Positions 40,114 through 52,128 of a stretch of 64,000 nucleotides of DNA are shown piece by piece. Below the pieces are notes generated by a model that saw only the letters and a list, made by a program, of their open reading frames with translations, ran no database searches and was not told where the DNA came from. The DNA is from Paraspadella gotoi. Its lineage: Eukaryota; Animalia; Chaetognatha. Each line of letters begins with the position of its first letter. Within the stretch, counting starts at the first letter, position 1. The DNA is taken from positions 5,200,355 through 5,264,354 of the forward strand of contig CM119265.1 in assembly GCA_051294375.1 (NCBI GenBank). Direction: 5' to 3'. The position numbers and the translations under genes are program-made.

Positions 40114-43100
40114 CACCAGCGTCAGTTCCGGTTTTCGCCAGAGACGCTTGCCTCTTTTTTTTTTCCTTTATTCTTTTCTTTTGACGAATTCAGGCGGAAT
40201 CGAAATTCATCGTTTGTTGTGGAACGACGACGACGACGATGAAGATGACGATAACGACGACGATATGTCGCCGAGACGGTCGGACGACGAGAGAATTAAA
40301 AATGTGGTTTTTTTTTTAAATTATTTTTTTTTACTTAATTTTTAATTCTCCGTGGGGTTTTCCCTCCTTTTTTTTTATTTCCTCGTCAGTCAGCGATGAG
40401 CCAATTGCAAATTGAATTCCTTGGCCGTTGAAGCCTCCGCCGCTGTTGCAATTGCGAGGGTCGAGGATGTCAAGGATGTCGAAGATGCGGGGTTAAATGC
40501 TGTGGCGGAAGTTGCGGCGGCGGAAGTTGCGGCAGCGAACTCGATTTCCGCGAGACGAAGATTGTCAAGGCGACCGAGGCGGCCGGGGTCTCTGGAGAGA
40601 GTGAGATAGAGAGAGAGNNNNNNNNNNNNNNNNNNNNNNNNNNNNNNNNNNNNNNNNNNNNNNNNNNNNNNNNNNNNNNNNNNNNNNNNNNNNNNNNNNN
40701 NNNNNNNNNAAAGGAGAGAGAATTGAAAATAGTTTGGATATTAAAAAATGTTATAATAATACAATGTCCGCAAAAACAAACGAGCTCAGTAACTCTCTTT
40801 CTCCTGATCTCTCTCTCCACTCTCAGCAATATCAATCTAATCTCTCTCTCGAGTCTGCTCTCTCATCTCTGCTTCACCGTCAAATGTCTTTCATTCTCCT
40901 AATGCATAGAGAGAGAGAGAGAGAGAGAGAGATCGAAGAATTAGACGTCGACGAGCGAGAGAGAGAGAGTCCTTGAGAGAGAATTAAAGATGAAACTAGG
41001 ACGCAGAGCGAGATGAGAAAGAAAAAGAAATATGCAGAAATGCTTGTCAATAGAAAATGAAATTTGAAGTGGATTGGAACGAGCGACGACAAGGAAGACG
41101 ACGACGACAACGACGAAAGTGAGACACGATAATCGCTCTTCACAATTTTCAGAAAGACGTAACAATAGGTTTGATCACGACGAAAATATCGACGATGACA
41201 AGGGACAGGGATGACGACGACAGGGATCGACGATGACAACGACGACGGCGGAAATGACAACAACGACGAAAGGTACGATGACAACGACGACGACGACGAC
41301 GACGATGAAATAACACCAGCGTCTTCTCTCGTTTCGAAGGCGAAAAGGTGAAGCGAAATAAGAGAAAGGAAAAGATTCGATGTCGCGATGTGAAGTGAAT
41401 AGGAGGGAGTGAGGGGAAGAGAGATGTGATTGAAAAGGGCAACGGGATTCCGTGTCACGAGATAACAGAAGATAACAGAAGAAATTGAACGAAAACGAAA
41501 TAAATTTTGAGGGTTAATTAAATCGGCGAAATTCGAAAAATCGGAAAATATATAAGAACTTAAGAAAAAATGAAGTATTTGGAAAACGTGAACTGGTGTC
41601 TGCGTGGTGAAAATTGAAAAGTTATATATNNNNNNNNNNNNNNNNNNNNNNNNNNNNNNNNNNNNNNNNNNNNNNNNNNNNNNNNNNNNNNNNNNNNNNN
41701 NNNNNNNNNNNNNNNNNNNNNNNNNNNNNNNNNNNNNNNNNNNNNNNNNNNNNNNNNNNNNNNNNNNNNNNNNNNNNNNNNNNNNNNNNNNNNNNNNNNN
41801 NNNNNNNNNNNNNNNNNNNNNNNNNNNNNNNNNNNNNNNNNNNNNNNNNNNNNNNNNNNNNNNNNNNNNNNNNNNNNNNNNNNNNNNNNNNCGGAAAAGG
41901 CGGTCGAACGCGAAACGACAAAGAAGAAAAGTCGATTATAACGATATCTCTCGATGAGTTTTAAAATGTTCTCTCTTCTAATCGNNNNNNNNNNNNNNNN
42001 NNNNNNNNNNNNNNNNNNNNNNNNNNNNNNNNNNNNNNNNNNNNNNNNNNNNNNNNNNNNNNNNNNNNNNNNNNNNNNNNNNNNNNNNNNNNNNNNNNNN
42101 NNNNNNNNNNNNNNNNNNNNNNNNNNNNNNNNNNNNNNNNNNNNNNNNNNNNNNNNNNNNNNNNNNNNNNNNNNNNNNNNNNNNNNNNNNNNNNNNNNNN
42201 NNNNNNNNNNNNNNNNNNNNNNNNNNNNNNNNNNNNNNNNNNNNNNNNNNNNNNNNNNNNNNNNNNNNNNNNNNNNNNNNNNNNNNNNNNNNNNNNNNNN
42301 NNNNNNNNNNNNNNNNNNNNNNNNNNNNNNNNNNNNNNNNNNNNNNNNNNNNNNNNNNNNNNNNNNNNNNNNNNNNNNNNNNNNNNNNNNNNNNNNNNNN
42401 NNNNNNNNNNNNNNNNNNNNNNNNNNNNNNNNNNNNNNNNNNNNNNNNNNNNNNNNNNNNNNNNNNNNTTCGAAAAGAACAATTAATAATTCGTTATAAC
42501 TATCGTACCACTAAATCATTATGTTATCAAATAAAATCGTTGTTTTCCCCATTTAAAAACTGTTTTTCCTACACTCAATCTTTTAAAAAATAAAGATAAT
42601 ATTCCTCGAATTTATTGAAGGGGGCAGAAATTAAATAACCAATTTTTGCTTCAAATTGTTTTCAAACTGTGAAACAGCTTAGAAGCAGCTGAATTTTTGC
42701 GATTCCGAATTGAGCCACAGTTTAGAGTCAGCGACTTCAACCGTTGACCAATCGTGAAGCAGTTAAACGCGTATAATTCGCTTTGAGCCCGAAAGGCACG
42801 CGAATCCCACCGCTGAGTCCCCGGGATCAAATCCCGGTCGCGCGAAAAAATATTCAACGAGGAAAATGGAGGAAAACCCACTCTGGTTCCCGAAAAATCG
42901 ATACTGNNNNNNNNNNNNNNNNNNNNNNNNNNNNNNNNNNNNNNNNNNNNNNNNNNNNNNNNNNNNNNNNNNNNNNNNNNNNNNNNNNNNNNNNNNNNNN
43001 NNNNNNNNNNNNNNNNNNNNNNNNNNNNNNNNNNNNNNNNNNNNNNNNNNNNNACAATGAAAACAATAACAACGATGGCTATTTCGATTATGTTCAACTA

Positions 43101-44228
43101 CGTTTAGCTCCGTCGAATGTCAAGGGCACACGATAATAATATTGACAATGTCGATCGCATTAACTGAAATCTAGTTTACAAGCAAAAAAAAATTTCAAAA
43201 AAATTTAAGTTTGGAATCGACAAAAAAATTTGTTTCGTTTTTAATCCGCATTTTTTTTTNNNNNNNNNNNNNNNNNNNNNNNNNNNNNNNNNNNNNNNNN
43301 NNNNNNNNNNNNNNNNNNNNNNNNNNNNNNNNNNNNNNNNNNNNNNNNNNNNNNNNNNNNNNNNNNNNNNNNNNNNNNNNNNNNNNNNNNNNNNNNNNNN
43401 NNNNNNNNNNNNNNNNNNNNNNNNNNNNNNNNNNNNNNNNNNNNNNNNNNNNNNNNNNNNNNNNNNNNNNNNNNNNNNNNNNNNNNNNNNNNNNNNNNNN
43501 NNNNNNNNNNNNNNNNNNNNNNNNNNNNNNNNNNNNNNNNNNNNNNNNNNNNNNNNNNNNNNNNNNNNNNNNNNNNNNNNNNNNNNNNNNNNNNNNNNNN
43601 NNNNNNNNNNNNNNNNNNNNNNNNNNNNNNNNNNNNNNNNNNNNNNNNNGAGAGAGAGAGAGAGAGAGAGAGATGAATGGTGGACGACTGGAGAGCGGAG
43701 AGAGTCTTTCAAAGGATACAGCTGCTGGAGCCCTTAATCGTGAGGTGAAGAAGTTTGTTAGGGGTTTAAGTGTGGAAGACGATGNNNNNNNNNNTTGAAA
43801 AAAAGATAACGAGACGATTTTTTAAACGAATTATCAAAAAAATCGATTAGCAGCTTTCGAAAATTAATTATTTGACGAGACGTAATTGATAGAAACATTT
43901 TGAAATACTTCGACGTTTGACGTTCTTATTAACCAAAAATAATATGTATTTCTTTTGTAGAATGTCGTTCTTTTGTTTATTTACAAATAATCCGCTGGAA
44001 AAATGATATTCGTTCCCATCGCGAAAAACAGAGAATTGACGCTCTTTCTTCTCGCTCAGCTTCCGTCGTCTCACGATAACAATTTCGGCCAACACGTCGA
44101 ATAAGGCGCGCTGAATCAACAATGCGCGCGGTGAGGGCAGACTGGGAGTGCGAGAGAGAAGAGATGAGAGAAGAGAGAGAGATGAGGAGCGGAGAGAGGA
44201 TGAGAGATGAGAGAGAGAGAGTAGAGAG

Positions 44229-44260
<32 letters not shown>

Positions 44261-45080
44261 TACGCGCGTCGAAAATGAAAGGCCTGACGTGCGCGCGACG
44301 AAAGAGAGAAGGAGCGAAAGAGATGAGAGAGAGTTCGCGTTGAAGAAAACGCGAAACCTTTGCGCGCGCGCCGGAACGAAACTGAAGAGAGAGAGAGAGA
44401 CGAGACGAGATAGGAAGAGCAGGAGAGAGAGAGAGAGAGCGAGAGATGAGAGAGGAGAGAGCAACGATGAGAGAGAGAGATATCGTGTGAACGTGCGAGA
44501 CTGCTCTTGCGCGCAGCAACGGTCTGCCGCGCACGCAACAGAGCGTCGATGGCCAGCGTGGACAATTCCTTTCCACATCCCTCTCCTATTTTTTTCCGTT
44601 CCTCTCTCTTCCTCCCTACCTCCCTTTCCCCCCTCCCCCCTCTTCGCGAAAGCTCGGTGGTCAAAAATCGTTATCACCGGAACTGGAAAATGAGAAGCAG
44701 CGAGATGTAGAACAGAGATATAGGCTGAAGGCGAGATGTGGATAGGTGAGAGGAAAAGAGGAGACGAAAAAGGGAATTATTTTTCAATAAATTATTAACA
44801 ATATTAACCAATTGGAGATAAATATTCGTTGCTATCTAACGTGTACTTTCCATAGCAAAGCGTGAGAAGCGATACACATAGATTAAGAACAAATAGAGAA
44901 GATTGAAAACTTTATTATGGCTTCCGGAAATGGAATACGAGAAAATAAAAAATAAATCGTAAAAGAAAAAAAAGAAAAGGTTAAGCCTTCGAAGCCCCAG
45001 AAATAAGAAGAGAGGAGAAAGAAGAAAGGAAAGAGAGGAAATAGTGGAGAGGCGATGACGTCGCGTGCAACGGAAGCGTT

Positions 45081-45081
<1 letters not shown>

Positions 45082-45173
<92 letters not shown>

Positions 45174-45216
45174 GTCGTGATAGAGAAACGAGGAATAAAT
45201 TCTCAAGCGCGACGAC

Positions 45217-45248
<32 letters not shown>

Positions 45249-45249
45249 C
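45082..45249. repeat. (GTC)~30 followed after ~37 bp by (GAC)~13 (inverted trinucleotide pair)
   Basis: Directly visible. Confidence 0.95.
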
Positions 45250-45538
45250 TATTTCGGCCGCGATGGTAGGAGTCACTCAGATTCGTAGTCGAATCCTAAT
45301 GAATTGAATTCGAACGTTAGCCTCGTCCGTCGCTGATAGTAGGTGTTTCATTCTCAGCTGAATTTCCTTCGCTTTGCCAACGGTGCTACTTTTAGTATTT
45401 ATTTTGAAATATTTTTTTATATTCACTGCGTAAGTTCCCTTACCTAAAATATCATTCATTAGAGATTGTCTCCTCATTTACTCATTTGTAAATGTTCGAC
45501 AGAAAATTCGGGTGTCGAAACAATGGGCGCGACCAATC

Positions 45539-45573
<35 letters not shown>

Positions 45574-47794
45574 TCTGCTCTCTCTCTCTCTGGTCGGCAC
45601 GATTCCATCATTTTTCTTGGCCAGGACCGGTCACGCCACCTCTAAGGGACCGGCCCCCCTCGGACCCAATTCCACGGAATGTTCACTTCCCTTTTTGCCA
45701 ATTCCACCACGGAGCTTTTCTCAAGCAACTCGTTGCAAATATGTCCCTTAGTCTAACGAACATTTGTAAATAGATATTAAGAAAGTATATTGTCTTTCCG
45801 CCTCCACGATCCTAACACCGCCGTTTAATCTACATTCTCGCCACCCTCCACTCGCTACTCAAACCTCTCCCTGCAATCTTATTGTTCTACTCCCATTCGA
45901 CCAAGTCTCTTCGTCTCTATCTTCGCCCGATTCCCTGGAGAACTTTCCGATTCTTCCTAACGAATGCTCGTCTTTTTTCTTTTTTCTTCTTTCCCTCTTT
46001 CTCTTCTCGAGAACTCACGGATAGGCTAACCAGTAACCAGTAATATCATTGAGAGTACTTTATCTCAAACGTCCTGTGGCCATTAGAATATGAGCCCCGC
46101 GAAATTTCTTCTTCACCCCTTCACCCGAATATGTTTCTCCACAACTCCCCACAACCCACAACCCACAACCACGCCACCTTCGCGACGCCGATGGCAGCGG
46201 AGGGCGACGTCGTAATCGAATTTGTCAGCGCCATTAAGGCGCCGGTGGAGGGTCGAGAATTCCGGAGATGAATGTTCGAATCAATGAATGAATGCGTCGA
46301 TGAATGAATCGATGAATGATTGATTATATAGTACCAAAGTGCATGAATGAGAACTAAATGAATATCTTTATGAATCGATATAAACAAGTTTAAAAAATTG
46401 TAAAATGATTGAGAATATTGGAAGAAAAAAAATTGACGTCATGAAGGGAGAATGGTTCATTTCAAAGGTCAAGCAAAATATAAAATAACAAATCGATCAT
46501 TAAAATATAAAATTATATTACGTAAACCGAACAATTTTGTAAAGAGGGAAACAAGAATTCGTCAAAATCTATTCAAGGCGATAATTGAATGCACTAATGC
46601 GTGAATAAGAAAAAAAAAATTGAATGGAATCAATGAACGCGATTTTCTCTTATCGCGTCGATGCGAAATTCATTCCGCATCTCAGTCGCTTGGAAAACAT
46701 TCGTTGATAACCAATTAGCGACGAGACTGCGTATTCGGATGAATGTGACAAAAAATTGATGGAAGAATAAGACGACGACGACGATGACGACGATATTACT
46801 ATCTTCTCTCTCTCTCTCATCTCGTCTGATGTCTCTCTCCTCCTGTCTCTTCTCTCGTCTCTGCTCTCATGTCGTTCTGCTCGTGTCTGTTCTCTCTTCT
46901 CTCTCTCCGTCGTTTCTCTCATCACGTTCTCAGACTGATTGATTTGACCGTTCCTCTGCGAGTCGTAATTTAAACGTGTTTACTCTTTTTTTCAAATTTC
47001 TTTCCTTTGGAAGGTTTTGTCTTACGCGGCGTCGTTAGTCTTTTGTTTTCTTGGCAGAATTTTTTCATTCGCAATTGTCTTATTTTATAATCAATATTCT
47101 CAAATATTGTCATTTTAAAATTTTAAAATTCGAAAGTTATTTAATGCGGTTTAAAACTTCGCCAGACATGGCGCTGTTAATTGCGATTTGTTTTAAAGCG
47201 AGATTTAACGCAAATATGTTAAACAGTTGTATAAATATTCGATTATAATTATAAATTAATCTTCTGGTACAACCCACGATCGTTCGCGTGGCGGAGAGAC
47301 TGAATTTCGATGCGATACATGATTAAATCTTGTTTTGCTATTTATATTTTTTTTTTTATTTTCCTGACTAGTAATAAAAATGTGCGTTCACGTCATTTTT
47401 AAAAAAAGTTTTGCTTTGACTTACTTCCGATAAGACAACGAACCTTGACAACTTGTATTCCCACGCGGGCGATTGCATATCTTTCTTTACCCTAGCACTC
47501 CCGAGGGGACCTACTCGTGTCTCGCATAGATAACTCTCTCTCGTGAGCGATCCGCCTTGCGATGCCCAGTGCGATCGGCCTTGCCGTCACGCAACCGCCT
47601 ATCTGCCCAGCTTGGATTTACCGGCTTTCTTTTTTGTTCCCGGTCAGGACGAGTTTTGGGTTTTTAATCTGAAACAGCGAAAGCACCTCGGGGAACGCTA
47701 CCATTTGATTCGACGTGCGAGTCGGCAGCCGCGCGGAACGAGAGAGAGGAGAGAGGAGGGAGGTAGAGTAGAGAGCGAGGAGAAGAGATATGAG

Positions 47795-47825
<31 letters not shown>

Positions 47826-50800
47826 CAGAGAAAGCGTGACTAACACTTCGGATAGCCAAACCGATATGCGTTTTATGTTCCAATTTTCTTCAAACTTCTC
47901 ACCCGGTATTGGCCGGCTTTCTTTTCTTGTCGTTGTCGTTCCTATTTGTCTACTTCTTGGCCTGATCGTTGATCGTCGTCTCAACGGTCTGTCAGTCGTC
48001 GTCGTCGTGCATCGCGCTGCGTTCCTATGTCTTCCATCACATTTCTTTGGTGCACAATTGCCATACCGAATAAAGCGCAGTCCGTCGCTAAATTGGTTAT
48101 CCAACGATGAATGTTTTCCGAAGCGGACTGGAGATGCGGAATGAATATATCGCATCGACGCGATAAGAGAGAAATAAGGCGTTCATTGGATTTCCATTGC
48201 AACTTGTTTTTTTCTTATTCACGTCATTAGCTGCATTGCAATTATTCTGCCTTAGTTGAATAGATAGACGAATTCTCTGTTTCCTGCCTCTTTACAATAA
48301 TTTGTTCGCGTTTACGTAATAATAATTTTATATACTTTAATGACATCGATTTGTTTTTTTATATTTAGCTTGACCTTGACAAATGCACCATTACGTCCAC
48401 TCATGACGTCAATTGTCTTTTTTTCTTTCCTGCCATGATTCTCNNNNNNNNNNNNNNNNNNNNNNNNNGAGAGAGAGAGAGAGAGAGAAGATGGTAATCA
48501 ATTATATCTAGAGAAGGCGCAATCTCTGAGCGTCTTGTTGAAATATGTCTCGCTCCACCATTTTTCTTCCTCCTTCACACAACTCATTTTTCACTTCTTT
48601 TCTCTTAATAGTTTCCTTCCGATCCATTATTTATAAACGGTCATTTCGAACCCTGTCAATTTATTAATTTTAAAAATAATTTGGGTGTTTTTTTTTTTCA
48701 GTCGAAAAAACAAAAACACGACATCGTTAATACAACGCGAATGTCAAAAAGAATTTTTTTAAAAAAAAACATTGACTAATTGAGCTGAAACAAATACTTA
48801 AATGTCACGACCAATAGAACCAAGAAAAAAACAAAATTCGTTTCCATGACCAGGCGGGCATCGCGTCGCCTCTCGAGTGAAAAATGAAACGTCGCCTATG
48901 ATCCTGGAGAAATGGGGCAAAAATAATCCGTGTGGAATGGGAAGGGAAGGATTAGCGAAGAAGGGGAGAGGAATATGAAGAGAGATTTTATCTGGATTAG
49001 ACGGGCTGGAATTGTATCTGAGTGTCGGAAATGTAATTGAATAGGTTATAACGTTTTGAAGAAAAAGGCCGAAAGGAAAATTGTACGGGAGGACCTAGAG
49101 CTGTGGACAAGGGCGGGAACTGGCACTGGGCACTGGGGAAATGATTATGTTGTGCTTAAAACGCACAAGGATCGAGACAATAAGGCGTTAATAATCGTGA
49201 CGCTTGGTCTGGAGAAACGACAGATGCAAATTAAGACTGGATTCCTAAGGACGCATCAATCTTTTCATAAACTCGATTAAGAGAAGAGGATAAATTAGGC
49301 TATAGGCTGGCCAACGGATTCGGACGGTGGCCCCCTCAATTTCTACCCAAAAAAAGGAGACAATCCGGGCAAATTTTCTCCCCCTTGTTTATGTTTTTTT
49401 ATTAAAAAAAAGATTTAGCGATGAAAGGAAATTCGAAGAGGAAAGCGCGGACGGAAAGAATGACGATGACAACCATATTGTCTTGTAGTTAAGACGGTGA
49501 GGAAGAAATGGACGACGACGACGACACGACGGAATGTACAAGGATAGAAAGAGAAGACCGCGGACTTTGACCGACCGACGACGGACTGACAGACGAACGA
49601 AGAATTACGCTCGACAAACGAGGACCGCAGGTGCAAATAACATGTGTTTTGCATCCCATGAGGGCGTGAGCTAGGGAAAGAAATGGGAAAAGGGAAATGG
49701 GAAGAAAAATGGGATATCCGGGAGGAGAGAAGGGGGAGCAGAAAGAAGTAGATTGTAATCCCGACGAGAGACGAGAGAGAGAGAGAGAGAAAGAAAGAGA
49801 GAGAGAGGAGAGAGAGTGAGGAGAGAGAGAAGGAGAGAGCATAGAGGAGAGAAGAGAAGAGAGAGAGAGAGGAGCAGAGAAAGCGTGACTTAACACCTTC
49901 GGCAGTTAGCCCAAAACGATATTAGGCGATTCTTTCATTTCCAATTTTCTAACTTTCACCCGGTATTGGCTGGTTTCTCGTTGTCTTTCGTTCCTATTGT
50001 CTACTTCATTCCTGTCGTTGTCGTCGTTCTCAACGGTCTTCGTCGTCGATCAATTATATCTAGAGAAGGCGCATCTCTTGAGCGTCTTGTGAAATATGTC
50101 TCGCTCACCATTTTTCTTCCTCCTTCACACAACTCATATTTTCTTCTTTCTTTGTTCGTCTAAAAAAAATTAAACATAATTTCCCGATCCATTATTTAAA
50201 CGGTCATTTCGAACTTTTCATTTATTAAATTTTAAAAAAGTTTGGTGTTTTTTTTTTNNNNNNNNNNNAAACACGAACCGTTAATACAGCGATGTCAAAA
50301 AGAATTTTTTTAAAAAAACATTGACTAATTGAGCTGAAACAAAAATACTTAAATGTACGACCAATAGACCAAGAAAAAACAAAATTCGTTTCCATGACCA
50401 GGCGGGCATCGCGTCGCTCTCGAGTGAAAAATGAAACGTCGCCTATGATCCTGGAGAAATGGGGCAAAAATATCCGTGTGGATGGGAAGGGAGGATCGCA
50501 GGGGAATCGCAGGGGAGATCGCTCGAGGAGGAGAGTTTTTATGGCTCGTAAGCGCCTCCGGACGGTAGGTAAAGGAAAGATGCAATCGCCCGCGAAACAA
50601 GTTGCAACGGTTCGGTTGTCTTTTGGGAAGTTAAGTCAAGAAAGCAAAAACATTTTTTAATTAAAAATACTGAACGCAATTTTTTTTATCAGGAAAATAA
50701 AAAAAAAAATTAAAAATAGTAAACAAGATTAAATGTTCGCATCGAAATGTCAGTCTTCTCCGCTGCGAAGAGTCGTGGGGTTGACCAGAAATTAAATTAT

Positions 50801-51475
50801 AATCGGATTAACTTAATAATTTAACGATATTGGTTAATTCGCTTTAAAACAAATCGAATTAAAGGCCATAGTCGGCGAGTTTTTAACCGCATTAAATGAA
50901 CTCGATTTAAAAAATTTTAAAATGCAATATTTTGAATATTGGATTTAAAATAAACATTGCGATTTGAAATTTTGCCAAGAGAAAAAATACTAACGAGCGT
51001 AGAAAATTCAAAGGAAAGAATAAAAAAAGAGAAAAACGTTAATTCACTCGCAGAGGAACGTCCAAATCAATCAGCTGAGAGAGAGAGAGAGAGAGATGAG
51101 ACGAGAGAAGAGCAGTGAGAGAGAGACGACGAGATGCGAGAGAGAGAGAAGATGGTAATCAATTATATCTAGAGAAGGCGCATCTCGTGAGCGTCTTGTT
51201 GAAATATGTTCTCTGCTCACCATTTTTCTTCCTCCTTCACACAACTCATTATTTTTTCTTTCTTCTAATTTCCCGGATCCATTATTTAAACGGTCATTTC
51301 GAACCTTTCATTTTATTAAATTTTTAAAAAAATTTGGCGTGTCTTTTTTCTTTTTCACATACAGAAAACACGAATTAAACACGAACCGTATACCAGCCAA
51401 AAAGAATGTTTTTTAAAAAAAACATTGACTAATTGAGCTGAAACAAAATATACTTAAAATGTATACGACCCAATA

Positions 51476-52128
51476 CTATCTAGGGAAAAAAGTTTAGAAC
51501 ACATTTTTAGTTTTTAAAGTTCATTTTATTCAATTAAAAAATAGTACACAAACCGATGGGTAACAACATTCTCAATATTTGGCTGATGCCCTCCCTCGGC
51601 ATGGACCACTGCCTGCATTCGCGTTGCGGCATGACTCTCGTAACAGCGAATTTGAGGTACGAAGGTGGAAATGTTTTTCCACACCTTTAGCGCAATTCTT
51701 TTCAGCCCCGCATGTTGAATGAATTGTTGCGGTTCTTTCCCGTCTTTCTCTCAGAGCTACAATTGCAAATCTTTATGAACCAAGAGAGGGCTGTTATTGT
51801 CGGGCATAACCGAAATTTTTTAAAAAATGAAAAAAATAACTAACTCCAATTTTGAAATAGAAACATAAAAAAAAAACCTTTTTCCAATTACCAGGAATTG
51901 TGGAAAACTAAAGGCCGATTTTTTTCCGCCATTTTTTCACTTGACGGGTAGCAATCTTATTTTGCCTCCTAACTTCTATACCGGTTGGATCTAACGAAAA
52001 AATGGAAGGAAGCAACTGAAAGGTAAATTTTAGCTGTAGAATTCTGAAACATCCTGATTTTTTAAAAATCGAGCAAGTTTTCGGTAGATTCCTCAATTAA
52101 AATGTTTCTAACTTTTTTCCTAGATAGG
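51476..52128 (-). mobile_element. Non-autonomous Tc1/mariner element (internal deletion derivative), ~650 bp
   Basis: ~30-bp TIRs (ctatctagggaaaaaagtttagaacacatttt / aaaatgtttctaacttttttcctagatag), flanked by TA at 51474-51475 and 52129-52130. Empty sites ccaaTAga at ~48811 and ~50361. Contains an internal transposase remnant. Confidence 0.9.
51572..51807 (-). pseudogene. Tc1 transposase remnant: probable N-terminal start fused to the C-terminal end
   Basis: Allowing small indels, the minus strand reads ...LKRIALKVWKNIST..YESMP.RMQAVVHAEGGH.KY*, the typical Tc1 C-terminus (SMPxRxxAVIxAxGGxTKY). Upstream M...RFAIVALRE resembles an N-terminal helix. The catalytic DDE core is absent. Confidence 0.8.

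Noticed and set aside
45277-45477. ORF containing LGKGTYA...KEIQL, reminiscent of a CDK glycine-rich loop
   Set aside because: It lacks the conserved Val after the loop, a proper VAxK and any downstream kinase subdomain. The context is AT-rich with no convincing exon boundaries, so chance is likely.
47981-48202. Minus-strand ORF (…SENIHRWITNLATDCALFGMAIV…) superficially like the end of an RTE reverse transcriptase
   Set aside because: The DNA is an insertion-noisy inverted copy of non-coding 46590-46790, and there is no YADD/FADD motif; the resemblance is accidental.
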